Notes: generated from the letters alone by a model not told the origin. A stretch of DNA of 64,000 nucleotides from Chiloscyllium plagiosum (GCF_004010195.1 NC_057746.1:9171412-9235411); one strand, 5' to 3'; positions 50,065 to 62,309 are shown, counted from the first letter of the stretch. Translations and numbers: made by a program.

Positions 50065-52050
50065 ATCAGCCCTTGATCGCGGATTGAGGATCAGCCCTTG
50101 ATCGCGGATTGAGGATCAGCCCTTGATCGCGGATTGAGGATCAGCCCTTGATCGCGGATTGAGGATCAGCCCTTGATCGCGGATTGAGGATCAGCCCTTG
50201 ATCGCGGATTGAGGATCAGCCCTTGATCGCGGATTGAGGATCAGCCCTTGATCGCGGATTGAGGATCAGCCCTTGATCGCGGATTGAGGATCAGCCCTTG
50301 ATCGCGGATTGAGGATCAGCCCTTGATCGCGGATTGAGGATCAGCCCTTGATCGCGGATTGAGGATCAGCCCTTGATCGCGGATTGAGGATCAGCCCTTG
50401 ATCGCGGATTGAGGATCAGCCCTTGATCGCGGATTGAGGATCAGCCCTTGATCGCGGATTGAGGATCAGCCCTTGATCGCGGATTGAGGATCAGCCCTTG
50501 ATCGCGGATTGAGGATCAGCCCTTGATCGCGGATTGAGGATCAGCCCTTGATCGCGGATTGAGGATCAGCCCTTGATCGCGGATTGAGGATCAGCCCTTG
50601 ATCGCGGATTGAGGATCAGCCCTTGATCGCGGATTGAGGATCAGCCCTTGATCGCGGATTGAGGATCAGCCCTTGATCGCGGATTGAGGATCAGCCCTTG
50701 ATCGCGGATTGAGGATCAGCCCTTGATCGCGGATTGAGGATCAGCCCTTGATCGCGGATTGAGGATCAGCCCTTGATCGCGGATTGAGGATCAGCCCTTG
50801 ATCGCGGATTGAGGATCAGCCCTTGATCGCGGATTGAGGATCAGCCCTTGATCGCGGATTGAGGATCAGCCCTTGATCGCGGATTGAGGATCAGCCCTTG
50901 ATCGCGGATTGAGGATCAGCCCTTGATCGCGGATTGAGGATCAGCCCTTGATCGCGGATTGAGGATCAGCCCTTGATCGCGGATTGAGGATCAGCCCTTG
51001 ATCGCGGATTGAGGATCAGCCCTTGATCGCGGATTGAGGATCAGCCCTTGATCGCGGATTGAGGATCAGCCCTTGATCGCGGATTGAGGATCAGCCCTTG
51101 ATCGCGGATTGAGGATCAGCCCTTGATCGCGGATTGAGGATCAGCCCTTGATCGCGGATTGAGGATCAGCCCTTGATCGCGGATTGAGGATCAGCCCTTG
51201 ATCGCGGATTGAGGATCAGCCCTTGATCGCGGATTGAGGATCAGCCCTTGATCGCGGATTGAGGATCAGCCCTTGATCGCGGATTGAGGATCAGCCCTTG
51301 ATCGCGGATTGAGGATCAGCCCTTGATCGCGGATTGAGGATCAGCCCTTGATCGCGGATTGAGGATCAGCCCTTGATCGCGGATTGAGGATCAGCCCTTG
51401 ATCGCGGATTGAGGATCAGCCCTTGATCGCGGATTGAGGATCAGCCCTTGATCGCGGATTGAGGATCAGCCCTTGATCGCGGATTGAGGATCAGCCCTTG
51501 ATCGCGGATTGAGGATCAGCCCTTGATCGCGGATTGAGGATCAGCCCTTGATCGCGGATTGAGGATCAGCCCTTGATCGCGGATTGAGGATCAGCCCTTG
51601 ATCGCGGATTGAGGATCAGCCCTTGATCGCGGATTGAGGATCAGCCCTTGATCGCGGATTGAGGATCAGCCCTTGATCGCGGATTGAGGATCAGCCCTTG
51701 ATCGCGGATTGAGGATCAGCCCTTGATCGCGGATTGAGGATCAGCCCTTGATCGCGGATTGAGGATCAGCCCTTGATCGCGGATTGAGGATCAGCCCTTG
51801 ATCGCGGATTGAGGATCAGCCCTTGATCGCGGATTGAGGATCAGCCCTTGATCGCGGATTGAGGATCAGCCCTTGATCGCGGATTGAGGATCAGCCCTTG
51901 ATCGCGGATTGAGGATCAGCCCTTGATCGCGGATTGAGGATCAGCCCTTGATCGCGGATTGAGGATCAGCCCTTGATCGCGGATTGAGGATCAGCCCTTG
52001 ATCGCGGATTGGGGATCAGCCCTTGATCGCGGATTGAGGATCAGCCCTTG
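50065..52050. repeat. Near-perfect 25-bp tandem array, about 79.4 copies
   Basis: unit ATCAGCCCTTGATCGCGGATTGAGG; only one variant seen (A>G at 52012). Confidence 0.99.
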
Positions 52051-52777
52051 GTTGTAGAGTTGAGTCTTTCACACCCAGAGCCAGCTCCCAGGCAGGGATC
52101 AGCAAAGGAAACAATCTGGCACCTTCGGTGACCTGTGGGGAAAGGAAACAAAGTGGTTAAGGTTTCAACTTGCATCTGAACAGCATTATCACGGCCGCAC
52201 TGCTCGAGGAACTACCGTAACTAACTCAGTCAGAACAGAAAAGTCAACCTTCCCCAGCACCGCTCCGTCAGACACACTTGGGAAAGGGACAGCACCAGGT
52301 TAAGGAAAAGGAAAGTAAAAGAAAACATCAATTAATCTCGAATTGAAGTAAAAGTTGTAGTGACTCTGAAATAACCCAATAAGATAGCTTACCTCGAACT
52401 CTGTCCCCACCAACCCCGAGTAGCCAGGCCTGTGGAAAACATTAGGCCCCTCGCTGAGCTCCAACATGTCCTGCTGGAACGAAGAACTGCAGCCGCTGGA
52501 AACCTGAACCAGAAAAGACTGGAGAAGGGAGAAAGTGTAGTTTCTGAGCTAACCTTTCAAAAAAAGGGAAGTAAGATGGAAGAGAATGGTAGAAAACAGG
52601 GTAGAAGTAGAGGGAAAGAATGAAGGTAATCCATACAGGGTGGATCCCAGCTGAGACCAGCAGAGGAGTGATTTCGGTGGGAAAGCCACAGCAAATCCTC
52701 CTGAGCTGAGTCTCCCGTCCAAGTGAAGAGAGCGCTTAGCTTGGGTATAGCCTTTGCTTGATGCAGCCGTCCGAGTG

Positions 52778-52970
52778 GTTGGTGTCCTCGAAGAGTCCCA
52801 GCAGGCAAAGTCTGGCTGGCCTCTTGCAGGACCATGGGGGCCGAGCTCTGGAAGCGCAGGTGGGTCTTGAAGCCCTGGGCGATGTCCCGTAGCGGGCGCT
52901 GGAAGGGCAGCTTGCGGATCAGCAGCTCGGTGGGGTTCTGGTAGCGGCGGATCTCTGGCAGTCCCACGGT
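52778..52970 (-). pseudogene. Histone H3 pseudogene fragment
   Basis: [52 protein letters not shown], then a frameshift to [10 protein letters not shown]; several substitutions at invariant positions; N-terminal tail and C-terminus absent. Confidence 0.9.
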
Positions 52971-53626
52971 CCTTTCCCCTCCCGGTGAACTTCCGCGCCG
53001 TCTGCTTCGTCCTCGCCCATCCCCACTCTCTCCCATCCCCATCCTCTCNNNNNNNNNNNNNNNNNNNNNNNNNNNNNNNNNNNNNNNNNNNNNNNNNNNN
53101 NNNNNNNNNNNNNNNNNNNNNNNNNNNNNNNNNNNNNNNNNNNNNNNNNNNNNNNNNNNNNNNNNNNNNNNNNNNNNNNNNNNNNNNNNNNNNNNNNNNN
53201 NNNNNNNNNNNNNNNNNNNNNNNNNNNNNNNNNNNNNNNNNNNNNNNNNNNNNNNNNNNNNNNNNNNNNNNNNNNNNNNNNNNNNNNNNNNNNNNNNNNN
53301 NNNNNNNNNNNNNNNNNNNNNNNNNNNNNNNNNNNNNNNNNNNNNNNNNNNNNNNNNNNNNNNNNNNNNNNNNNNNNNNNNNNNNNNNNNNNNNNNNNNN
53401 NNNNNNNNNNNNNNNNNNNNNNNNNNNNNNNNNNNNNNNNNNNNNNNNNNNNNNNNNNNNNNNNNNNNNNNNNNNNNNNNNNNNNNNNNNNNNNNNNNNN
53501 NNNNNNTAACCAACACTTTCCAGACACTATGTGACTGAGGCTAGTGACTGGGCAAAGTGCCTGAACTCGCCTTATCCTGCAATTAACAGTTGATGCTGCT
53601 AGATTAGCAGAGCGCATGATGTGGAG

Positions 53627-55025
53627 GAGGAGGTCTTGGGCTGGGATGAACAAAGTTAAAAATCACACAAGCCCAGGTTCTGGTCCAAGAGGTTTATTTG
53701 GATCACTAGCTTTCAGAGTGCTGCTCCATCATCAGGTTGCTGTGGAGAATAGGACCAAGACACATCATTTATCGTGAAAGATTACAGTGTCATGCAATTG
53801 AAATGATATATTGAACAAACCTGGATTGTTGTTAAGTCTTTCATCATTTAGAATATTTTGATTCATTAATACGTAAATCCCAGAACTTCTTTTAAGTCAC
53901 CTTTTCAAGATAACTTAAGGTTTAATAACAAATGGTGACAACTCAGCTCAGACAATGCAGTAAAGGTGTGAAGTTAGAGTCTGTCTGTATCCTAACCTTT
54001 CCTGAAGAAGGCCTTATGCCCGAAATGTCGATTCTCCTGCTCCTCGGATGCTGCCTGACCTGCTGTGCTTTTCCAGCACCACACTCTCGACTCTGATCTC
54101 CAGCATTTGCGGCCCTCACTTTCTCCCATATATCCCAATTTTGAGTCAGACTGGTTCCAAAGTGGAATTTACAAAATGTTACATATATTGACTGCCTGCA
54201 GATTATGCATTTTGTGATCAAAATAGAATGTATCTGCAACTATAATTCTGCCAATACAAATTCACCCAATCGACTAATATGTGTGTGCACGTCTTTTAGA
54301 GAGACAGCGAGGGTATGTGCGTGTGAGTGGGTGAGTGTGAGTCAAAGTGCGTGTTTGCATGTGTGAAAGCTTGGTGAAAGTGTGTATGTGGATGTGATGG
54401 AGTATAAGCCTGTGAGAGAGTATTGGAGATGTATGTTTGTGTGTATGAGAGAGAGCTTGTGTATGAGAGAGGATCTGCATGACTGTGTGAGGATGTAAGA
54501 GTGTTTGTGTATGTGTGAGCGAGTGTGCATGGTGTAGTGGGGTCACCTGTAGTCCAGGTTGAAGCCATTCCCATGGGTACCGAACTTGGTTTTCAGCCTC
54601 TGCGAGGCCACTCTGAGTTGTTGTATATCCCAAAGTCCTCCTTGGAGGATGTTCACTCGATGATCTGAGGCCAAATTTCCCTGACTGCTGAATTCTGGGA
54701 GGGAACACCCCTGCCTGGTGATTGCTGTGAGGTGTCATCTGTTGTTGTAGCGTCTGCTTGGTCTCACCAATGAGCCAGGCCTCGGGGCATCCTTGCCTGC
54801 AGCGTATGAGGTAGACAGCGCTGGCCGAGACAAAGATTGTGATACAGCCAGACCTGCTGCGTACACGGTGCGTGGTGTCCCCACGTATAATGGTGGTATC
54901 CGTGTCGACACTCTGACATGTGTTGCAGGGTTGCCATGATAGGGCTGTACAGTGTTGTGGTCGATGTTATCCTGCAGGCTGGGCAGTTTGCTGTGAATAA
55001 TGGTCTGTTTAAGGTTTGGCAGTGG
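53627..55025 (-). mobile_element. Penelope-like element 3' fragment (GIY-YIG region and pLTR), with another terminal repeat inserted at about 54000-54127
   Basis: homologous to 24266-25560 (VYLIRCRQGCPEAW-like; CTATAACC/GGAGC hairpin terminus). Confidence 0.85.
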
Positions 55026-56466
55026 GCTAAAGGTGAAAAGTGGGACAGATGCTGGAATTTGAATCCTAAAAATAAATCAGGAATTAGATGTCCTTAAAGG
55101 TTAGGTTTTGAAGTATCATTGTTAAAGGGATTATGATGGTAGTGCGAGTAAATGGGAACTGTTCAATCAGCCATGGCTACATTAAATGGCGGGCTAAATG
55201 GTCTGCTGTCCCTGTGTTCCCTGGGGATGAGAGGTGGTAATCAAAACAGAATCAGGTTTGTGAGATGTTCTGATAACAACGTCGGAAAACGTGAGGACTA
55301 CAGATGCTGGAGAGTCAGAGTTGAAGAGTGTGGCCCTGGAAAAGTACAGCCAGTCAGGCAGCATCCGAGGGGCAGGAGAGTCGACGTTTCAGGCATAAGC
55401 CCTTCATGAGGAAGGGCTTTTCACTTGATTTTGTGCTGGAACTTCAACTGGCCGTTATGTGCAGTGCAGGGGCTACTCCAGCAGAGGGAGGCAGTCTGTG
55501 GAGCTGACTGTGACTGGAGCTGACCGTTTCCCAGCATTAAGGAAGATATTCACCCCAGCTGCCTGCACAGTTACAACACGATGGGCAATTTAGAATGGCC
55601 AATTACCCTGACCTGCACATCTTTGGACTGTGGGAGGAAACCGGAGCACCTGGAAGAAACCACGCAGACACAGAGAGAATGTGCAAACTACACAGACAGT
55701 CGCTCTTGGCTGGAATTGAACCTGGGTCCCTGGTGTTGTGAGGCAGCAGTGCTAACCACTGAGCCACCATGTTATCCTCATGGGTCTAGGTAGGATGCTG
55801 TTCGGAGGGTTGGTGTAGACCTGTTGGGCTGAATGGCCTGTTCCCACACTGTGGAGATATATCGCCGTTCCTTCACTGTCACTGGGTCAAACTCCTGGAA
55901 TTCCCTCCCCACAGCAGGTAGGCAGCAGTGATTCAAGAAGGCAGCTCACCACCATCTTCAGAAGGGGGCAACTAGGGACAGGCAGTGACTGCTGGGCCCA
56001 GACAGCGATGCCCAATTCCCATGAGAGAATAAAATAAAATTGAAACTAAGAGGTATCAAATTTAAAAGAGTAATGAGGAGGAAGTGTTTTGAATTGATTA
56101 GCTCAGAGGGTGGTGGATGCCAGGACATTGAGTAAAGTTAAGGAGGAGATAGACATATTTTTAATTAGTGATGGGTTGAAGGGATATGGAGAGTTAGAAG
56201 GATGGTGGGGTTGAAGCTGAGATGAGATTAACTTTCGTCATATCAAATGGTGGAGCAGGCTCAAGGGGTTCAACTGGTCAGTTCCTCTCCCACCTCTGAG
56301 TGAGAAGGAAAGTGGGGTTGAAGCTGAGATGAGATTAACTTTCGTCATATTAAATGGTGGAGCAGGCTCAAGGGGTTCAATTGGTCAGTTCCTCTCCCAC
56401 CTCTTGAGTTCCGACATTGATATGTAAGTGAGATGCTTCGGCAATAGCAGTAGAAGGTGACATGGA

Positions 56467-56507
<41 letters not shown>

Positions 56508-56510
<3 letters not shown>

Positions 56511-56882
56511 GTGGCACGGTTACTCAGTGGTTAGCACCAATGCCTCACCGTGCTAGTGACCCTGGTTCAATCCCAGCCTCAAGCACTGTCTGTGTGGAGT
56601 TTGCACATTCTCCCCGTGTCTGCGTGGGTTTCCTCCGGGTGCTCTGGTTTCCTCCCACAGTCCAAAGATGTGCAGGTCAGGTGGATTGGCCACAGTAACT
56701 TGCCCCATAGTGTCCTGGGATGTGCAGGTTAGGGTGGAATGGCCCACGTGCAGGCTAGGTGCATTATCCATGAGGAGGGCTGGGATAGGGTCAAGGATGG
56801 GTGTGGGTGGTATGCCCTTTGGGATGGTTGGTGTGGACCTGTTGGGCCCAATGGCCTGTTTCCACACTTGTGTGGATTCTAT
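56508..56882 (+). mobile_element. HE1-type V-SINE preceded by a (GA)n microsatellite
   Basis: typical head, core and tail; (GA)n at 56470-56506. Confidence 0.88.
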
Positions 56883-57811
56883 CTCTTCCCTAAATGCACA
56901 AGGATTAATCCTGGTCTGCCCCATTCCCGGGGACACTGCAAGTTGCAAGCAGAGATCTGTTTAAGCAACAGACCCAGGGATACATAGGTGTTCCAAAAGG
57001 CACGATGAATTCTCTATCATGTGACCTCTCAGTGTTGTATACATGAGCCTGTGCAACAGAGAAAATGGGTCAAATGCTGACAAAAGGGAGTTGGACAGCA
57101 TGGAGGAGTTGGACTGAAGGGTCTGTTTCCATGCTGTACATCTCTGAGACTCGATGACCTCATTCTCATTACATCTTGTTCTGAATCACTGGGGTAGCTG
57201 GTGGTTAAGCCTCATTGTCCCCAGTGTCATTAGGAACATTAACAATTTCAAGGAGTATTCCCCAGTTTCCCTGAATTTCTGACAGAAATCACAGACCAGG
57301 TTTCTGCATTGAACCAGAATCAATATTTATTACAAGAAATTAGTCTCTAACTTCAGGTAACCATGATGTGGAGGAGCCGGTGTTGGACTGGGGTAGACTA
57401 AGTTAAAAACCACACAACACTTGGTTATAGTCCAACAAGTTTATCTGGAAACACTAGCTTACTTCCCAATAAGCCTTTTGGACTATAACCTGGTATTGTG
57501 CAATTTTTAACGGAAGAAGGGCTAATGCCCGAAACGTCGATTCTCCTGTTCCCTAGATGCTGCCTGACCTGCTGCGCTTTTCCAGCAACACATTTCCATC
57601 TCTGCAATTTTTAACTTCAGGTAATCAGTTAGAAACCACCGGCATATAATTACCAACTTCTAATCCCCTTCGAAACTCCCCTGTCACACACATACACCCA
57701 CAGACAAATGACAAAGGTAAAGCATATTATGATCATAGGAAAGACAGGAAAGACTGGAAAGACAGTTCAATAGTATTCATTCCCAGATTCTGTTGTCGAA
57801 ATGATCTCATA

Positions 57812-58525
57812 CAGTCATAGAGATGTACAGCATGGAAACAGACCCTTTGGTCCGCGCAGACCAGATATCCCAACCCAATCTAGTCCCACCTGCCAGCACC
57901 CGGCCCATATCCCTCCAAACAGATTATGATCATAGGAAAGACTGGAAAGACAGTTCAATAGTGTTCATTCCCAGATTCTGTTGTCGAAATGATTTACAAG
58001 GATGTTGCCAGGGTTGGAGATTTTGAGCTGTAGGGAGAGGTAGGTGAGCCCTCTAGTTCTGGACTCACCTACCCCAGGGAAAAGACTTTGTCTATTTATC
58101 CTATCCATGCCCATTTTGATTTTGTAAAGGTCTACCAGGTCACCCCTCAACCTCCGACGCTCCAGGGAAAACAGCCCCAAGCCTGTTCAACCTCTCCCTA
58201 CAGCTCAAAATCTCCAACCTTGGCAACATCCTTGTAAATCTTTTCTGAACCCTTTCAAGTTTCACAACATCTTTCCAATAGGAAGGAGACCAGAATTGTA
58301 CGCGATATTCCAACTGTGGCCTAACCAATGTCCTGTACAGCCGCAACATGACCTCCCAACTCCTGTACTCAATACTCTGACCAATAAAAGAGAGCATACC
58401 AAACGCCTTCTTCACTATTCTACCTACCTGTGACTTCACTTTCAAAGAGCTATGAACCTCCAGACCAAGGTCTCTTTGATCAGCAATACTCCCTAGGACT
58501 CTACCATTAAGTGTATAAGTCCTTC
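57812..58525 (-). mobile_element. Rearranged CR1 fragments
   Basis: ORF 58140-58538 RTLVRPQLEYRVQFWSP; 3' end at 57812-57920; short inverted piece at 57992-58040. Confidence 0.85.
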
Positions 58526-61068
58526 TGCTGGTCAACACATTGCAGTGCTCCTTACTCTGAATACTTGCAGAGGCAGCGGATGGCTGGTATCACATAAAAA
58601 ATGCCTTTGATTTATCAGTTACAAGCCACAACTTACAACTATTGATGCAGGAAAGATAAGACCATAAGACATGGAGCAGAAATTAGGCCATTCAGCCCAT
58701 CAAGTCTACTCCACCATTCAGTCATGTCTGATAAGGTTCGCAACACCATTCTCCCATTTTCTCCCCATAACCCTTGATCCCCATGATACTCAAACTGCTT
58801 TTCATCAGGTTTACAGTGTGCTTTGACTGCAGTGAACAGAGAGACCACTCTTGAGCTGAGGAAGTACTGTACTCCCCTCTTTCTCTTTGAAATTTGTTCC
58901 CAGCTTCAGGTTTTCCAGAGACCTGAGAACCAATCACTCAATTGTTGCCAGGCAGAACAGTCTCTGTGTGGGAGAAGGGAATACTATTTTGCCTACTGAC
59001 CACTTCCTTACAGAAAACATGTTTGGCTCTAGCGAAAGAGGGCCTACCCACAATGCCACTGGTATCTCAAATTAGCTACACTCAGGAACTAACAGTAAAA
59101 GAGCCAATACCTGAGCATTACCTAATCGGAGGAATATGTTTTCTAAACAACCCGCTAATGGGATNNNNNNNNNNNNNNNNNNNNNNNNNNNNNNNNNNNN
59201 NNNNNNNNNNNNNNNNNNNNNNNNCTTGCAGAGGCAGCAGATGGCTGGTATCACATAAAAAATGCCTCTGACTTATCAGTTACAAGCCACAACTTACAAC
59301 TATTGAGCAGGAAAGATAAGACCATAAGACATGGAGCAGAAATTAGGCCATTCAGCCCATCGAGTCTGCTCCACCATTCAGTCATGTCTGATAAGGTTCT
59401 CAATGCCATTCTCCCCATAACCCTTGATCCCCATGATACTCAAACTGCTTTTCATCAGGTGCTTTGACTGCAGTGAACAGAGAGACCACTCCTGAGCTGA
59501 GGAAGTACTGTACTCCCCTCTTTCTCTTTGAAATTTCAGGCTTTCCAGAGACCTGAGAACCAATCACTCAGTTGTTGCCAGGCATAACAGTCTCTGTGCG
59601 GGAGAAGGAAATACCATTTTACCTACTGACCACTTCCTTACAGAAAACATGTTTGGCTCTAGCGAAAGAGGGCCTACCCACAATGCCACTGGTACCTCAA
59701 ATTAGCTACACTCAGGAACTAACAGTAAAAGAGCCAATACCTAAGCCATTACCTAATCGGAGGAACATGTTTTCTAAACAACGCGCTAATGGGATTCTCG
59801 ACCTCACAATGGCACTGCACCTCCAGAATCCACAAAGGCTCTCTCTGTCTCCCCAGGAGTCCAGCCGACACATTGCCTCCACAGACTAAATGGCACCAGG
59901 GTATTCCATATGGATGACCACTGTCCTATGGAACTATTGTGAACAGGATGCTACCCATTACTGTTTCAATGCCTTTAGATTAGCTAACCTCCTGTGGGCA
60001 TTGTTTACCTGACAGATACTGCTGGACACGCAGCATTGATTCAACAATCTCAAACTATCAACTATAATCAGAACGGTATTGTCCTGTAATTAACATCAGT
60101 CTCTTCTGACCCTAGAAAGAACGGAATATGCCTGTACTTCAGGGAACAGAGCTGAGGCTCATCTGTACAGAGTACCCATTCTGTGTACGTGTGGTTAATT
60201 TCTCTTCCCACGATAGAGTGAAATAAACCTGTGTGGATCAATTTCACAAGACCCTCATACGAGTTTTATTCATAAATGGACAATTCTCTGATACGCTGTC
60301 ATCGGCTATTGGTCACTCATCCATAGACCAGTCAACTTCTTGTAGCCTGCAAAGGCTGTGTCTGTACCCACCCAGACGTGATCTCTACAAACTGCAACAG
60401 TCAGTCAGCAATGAGCCTGCACTGGAGATTAACATGTAATTAGGACATCTAAGAGCATGCCACTTACTTCTGCACTTTGAGTTATATTTTCGAACAATAA
60501 ACAACATTTTGCATAACTTGAGTTAGAGTGCCAGTATTAGGTCTTTGTATTGCACATTCACATTACTCTGACAGTTTTTACACAGTTAGGTTTCTATGGA
60601 ACTAGATTGACCAGTCTGACGAGGCTGTGTGGGACCTGCCAAACAAGCAAACCAGAGAGAAATGTGAATTATTGCAAGAATAGGGAACATGGTTTAACCA
60701 GTCAGTCATTGCAATGCAACAGTTCAAATACCTCAATGAACATAATGCTCCAAAAAGCAAGGATTCTCTCAAAATGAATCAGAGTTGGAATGGGGTCTGA
60801 GTTAATTTGCAAACAGAATTCAAACTCTCAATGAAATTTCTGCCTCCTTTTGTAATGGGAGGACATTCTCAGTTGATTCCCTGGAAACATTATCGTTACA
60901 GAAGTGAAGGTGGGACGATATAGATTTGTACGAAGAGTAAATGATTGTGTGCCACGTCACATAGAGACAGGGTAATCCAGTTCTGGTGCTGCCTCACACT
61001 TTGTGCTGCAGCTCCCACCTTTATAAACCCAGCAGTGAAAGACCGACTGGGCCTGTCGCTGGGTCCCA

Positions 61069-61247
61069 TCAGCGAGACACAGCACAAACCCGGTGGGGTT
61101 TCGGGTTGGACACTAAACCGATTCTCGGGCTGGTGTCCAGGTCGGTCACGCCTGGTGGGGCTTGGAAGTGGAACTTCTGCAGCAGGGTGGTGAAGAACAG
61201 GAAAAGCTCCACTTTAGCCAGTGCCTCACCAGCGCACACCCTGTGAC
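61069..61247 (-). CDS. Cytochrome P450 family 2 (CYP2K/2W-like), last coding exon with the heme-binding Cys
   Basis: minus-strand acceptor ttctttttcag|GT; GHRVCAGEALAKVELFLFFTTLLQKFHFQAPPGVTDLDTSPRIGLVSNPKPHRVCAVSR*; phase-1 start matches CYP2 exon 9; upstream exons not visible. Confidence 0.92.
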
Positions 61248-61279
61248 CTGAAAAAGAACAGGGACGGTCAGTACCTCAC

Positions 61280-61865
61280 CCACACACACAGACACAGACA
61301 CACACACACACACACACACAGACACACATACACACACACACACAGACACACACACACACACAGACACACACACAGTCCGTTCATAGACCACCATCTTCCA
61401 AACCCCCATCGCTGAAACCATCCCAATGGTCACCAACTGAGAGCAATTCCATTCCCACAGTGTGTCTCTCCATCCCTGTTCAGACAGAACTCGAACAGCT
61501 GGGAGTACATTCGGCCCTTCATGCTCTTTGCTCATTCAATAAGAACCTGGCTGATCTGCTCCCTCCACCCCACCTTCCCAAACCTTCCCACACACAGACA
61601 CACATACACACACACACAGTCACACACACAGACACATATACACAGTCACATGCACACAGACACACATATACACAGTTACACACATACAGACACAGATACA
61701 CACATATACACAGTTAGACACATACAGAGACATATACACAGTCACACACACACAGGCAGACGTACACACACACACACACAGATGCACACACAGACACAGT
61801 CACACACACACGTACAGTCTCACACACACACATACAGTCAGACACACACACAGACACACACAGCA
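61280..61865. repeat. (CA)n-rich microsatellite tracts in the CYP intron
   Basis: CA/CAGA repeats at 61280-61375 and 61588-61862. Confidence 0.95.
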
Positions 61866-62309
61866 CGGTTCGTTCATCTTCCAAATTCCCATCGCTGAAA
61901 CCATCCCAATGGTCACCGATTGAGAGCAATTCCATTCCCAGCAATGTGTCTCTCCATCCCTGTACAGACAGAACTCGAACAGCTGGGAGTACATTCGGCC
62001 CTTCATGCTCTTTGCTCATTCAATAAGAACCTGGCTGATCTGCTCCCTCCACCCACCTTCCCAAACCTTCCCCATTCCTATCCATTTAATTCGGATCCAA
62101 TAGCCTGGTCCTGAATCCACTCAATGACTGAACATCCACAGACCCTCAGGGCAGGGAATTCCAAAGACACACCCCACTCTGAGTGAGAAAACATTGTCCT
62201 TCGCCCCGTCCTAAAGGGACACTCCTTTACTGTGAGGCTGTCCATTGAACAGAAATAATCTCCCAGCACATCCCCACTCCAGGGCTTGAAGAATTGTCCT
62301 TTTTTTATT

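Noticed and set aside
40088-52050. CRISPR-like array in the 27/28-bp or 25-bp repeats
   Set aside because: Units are head-to-tail with no unique spacers, there are no cas genes, and the context is eukaryotic
52778-52970. Functional H3 variant or CENP-A
   Set aside because: Frameshift, missing termini, substitutions at invariant residues and canonical loop-1 length
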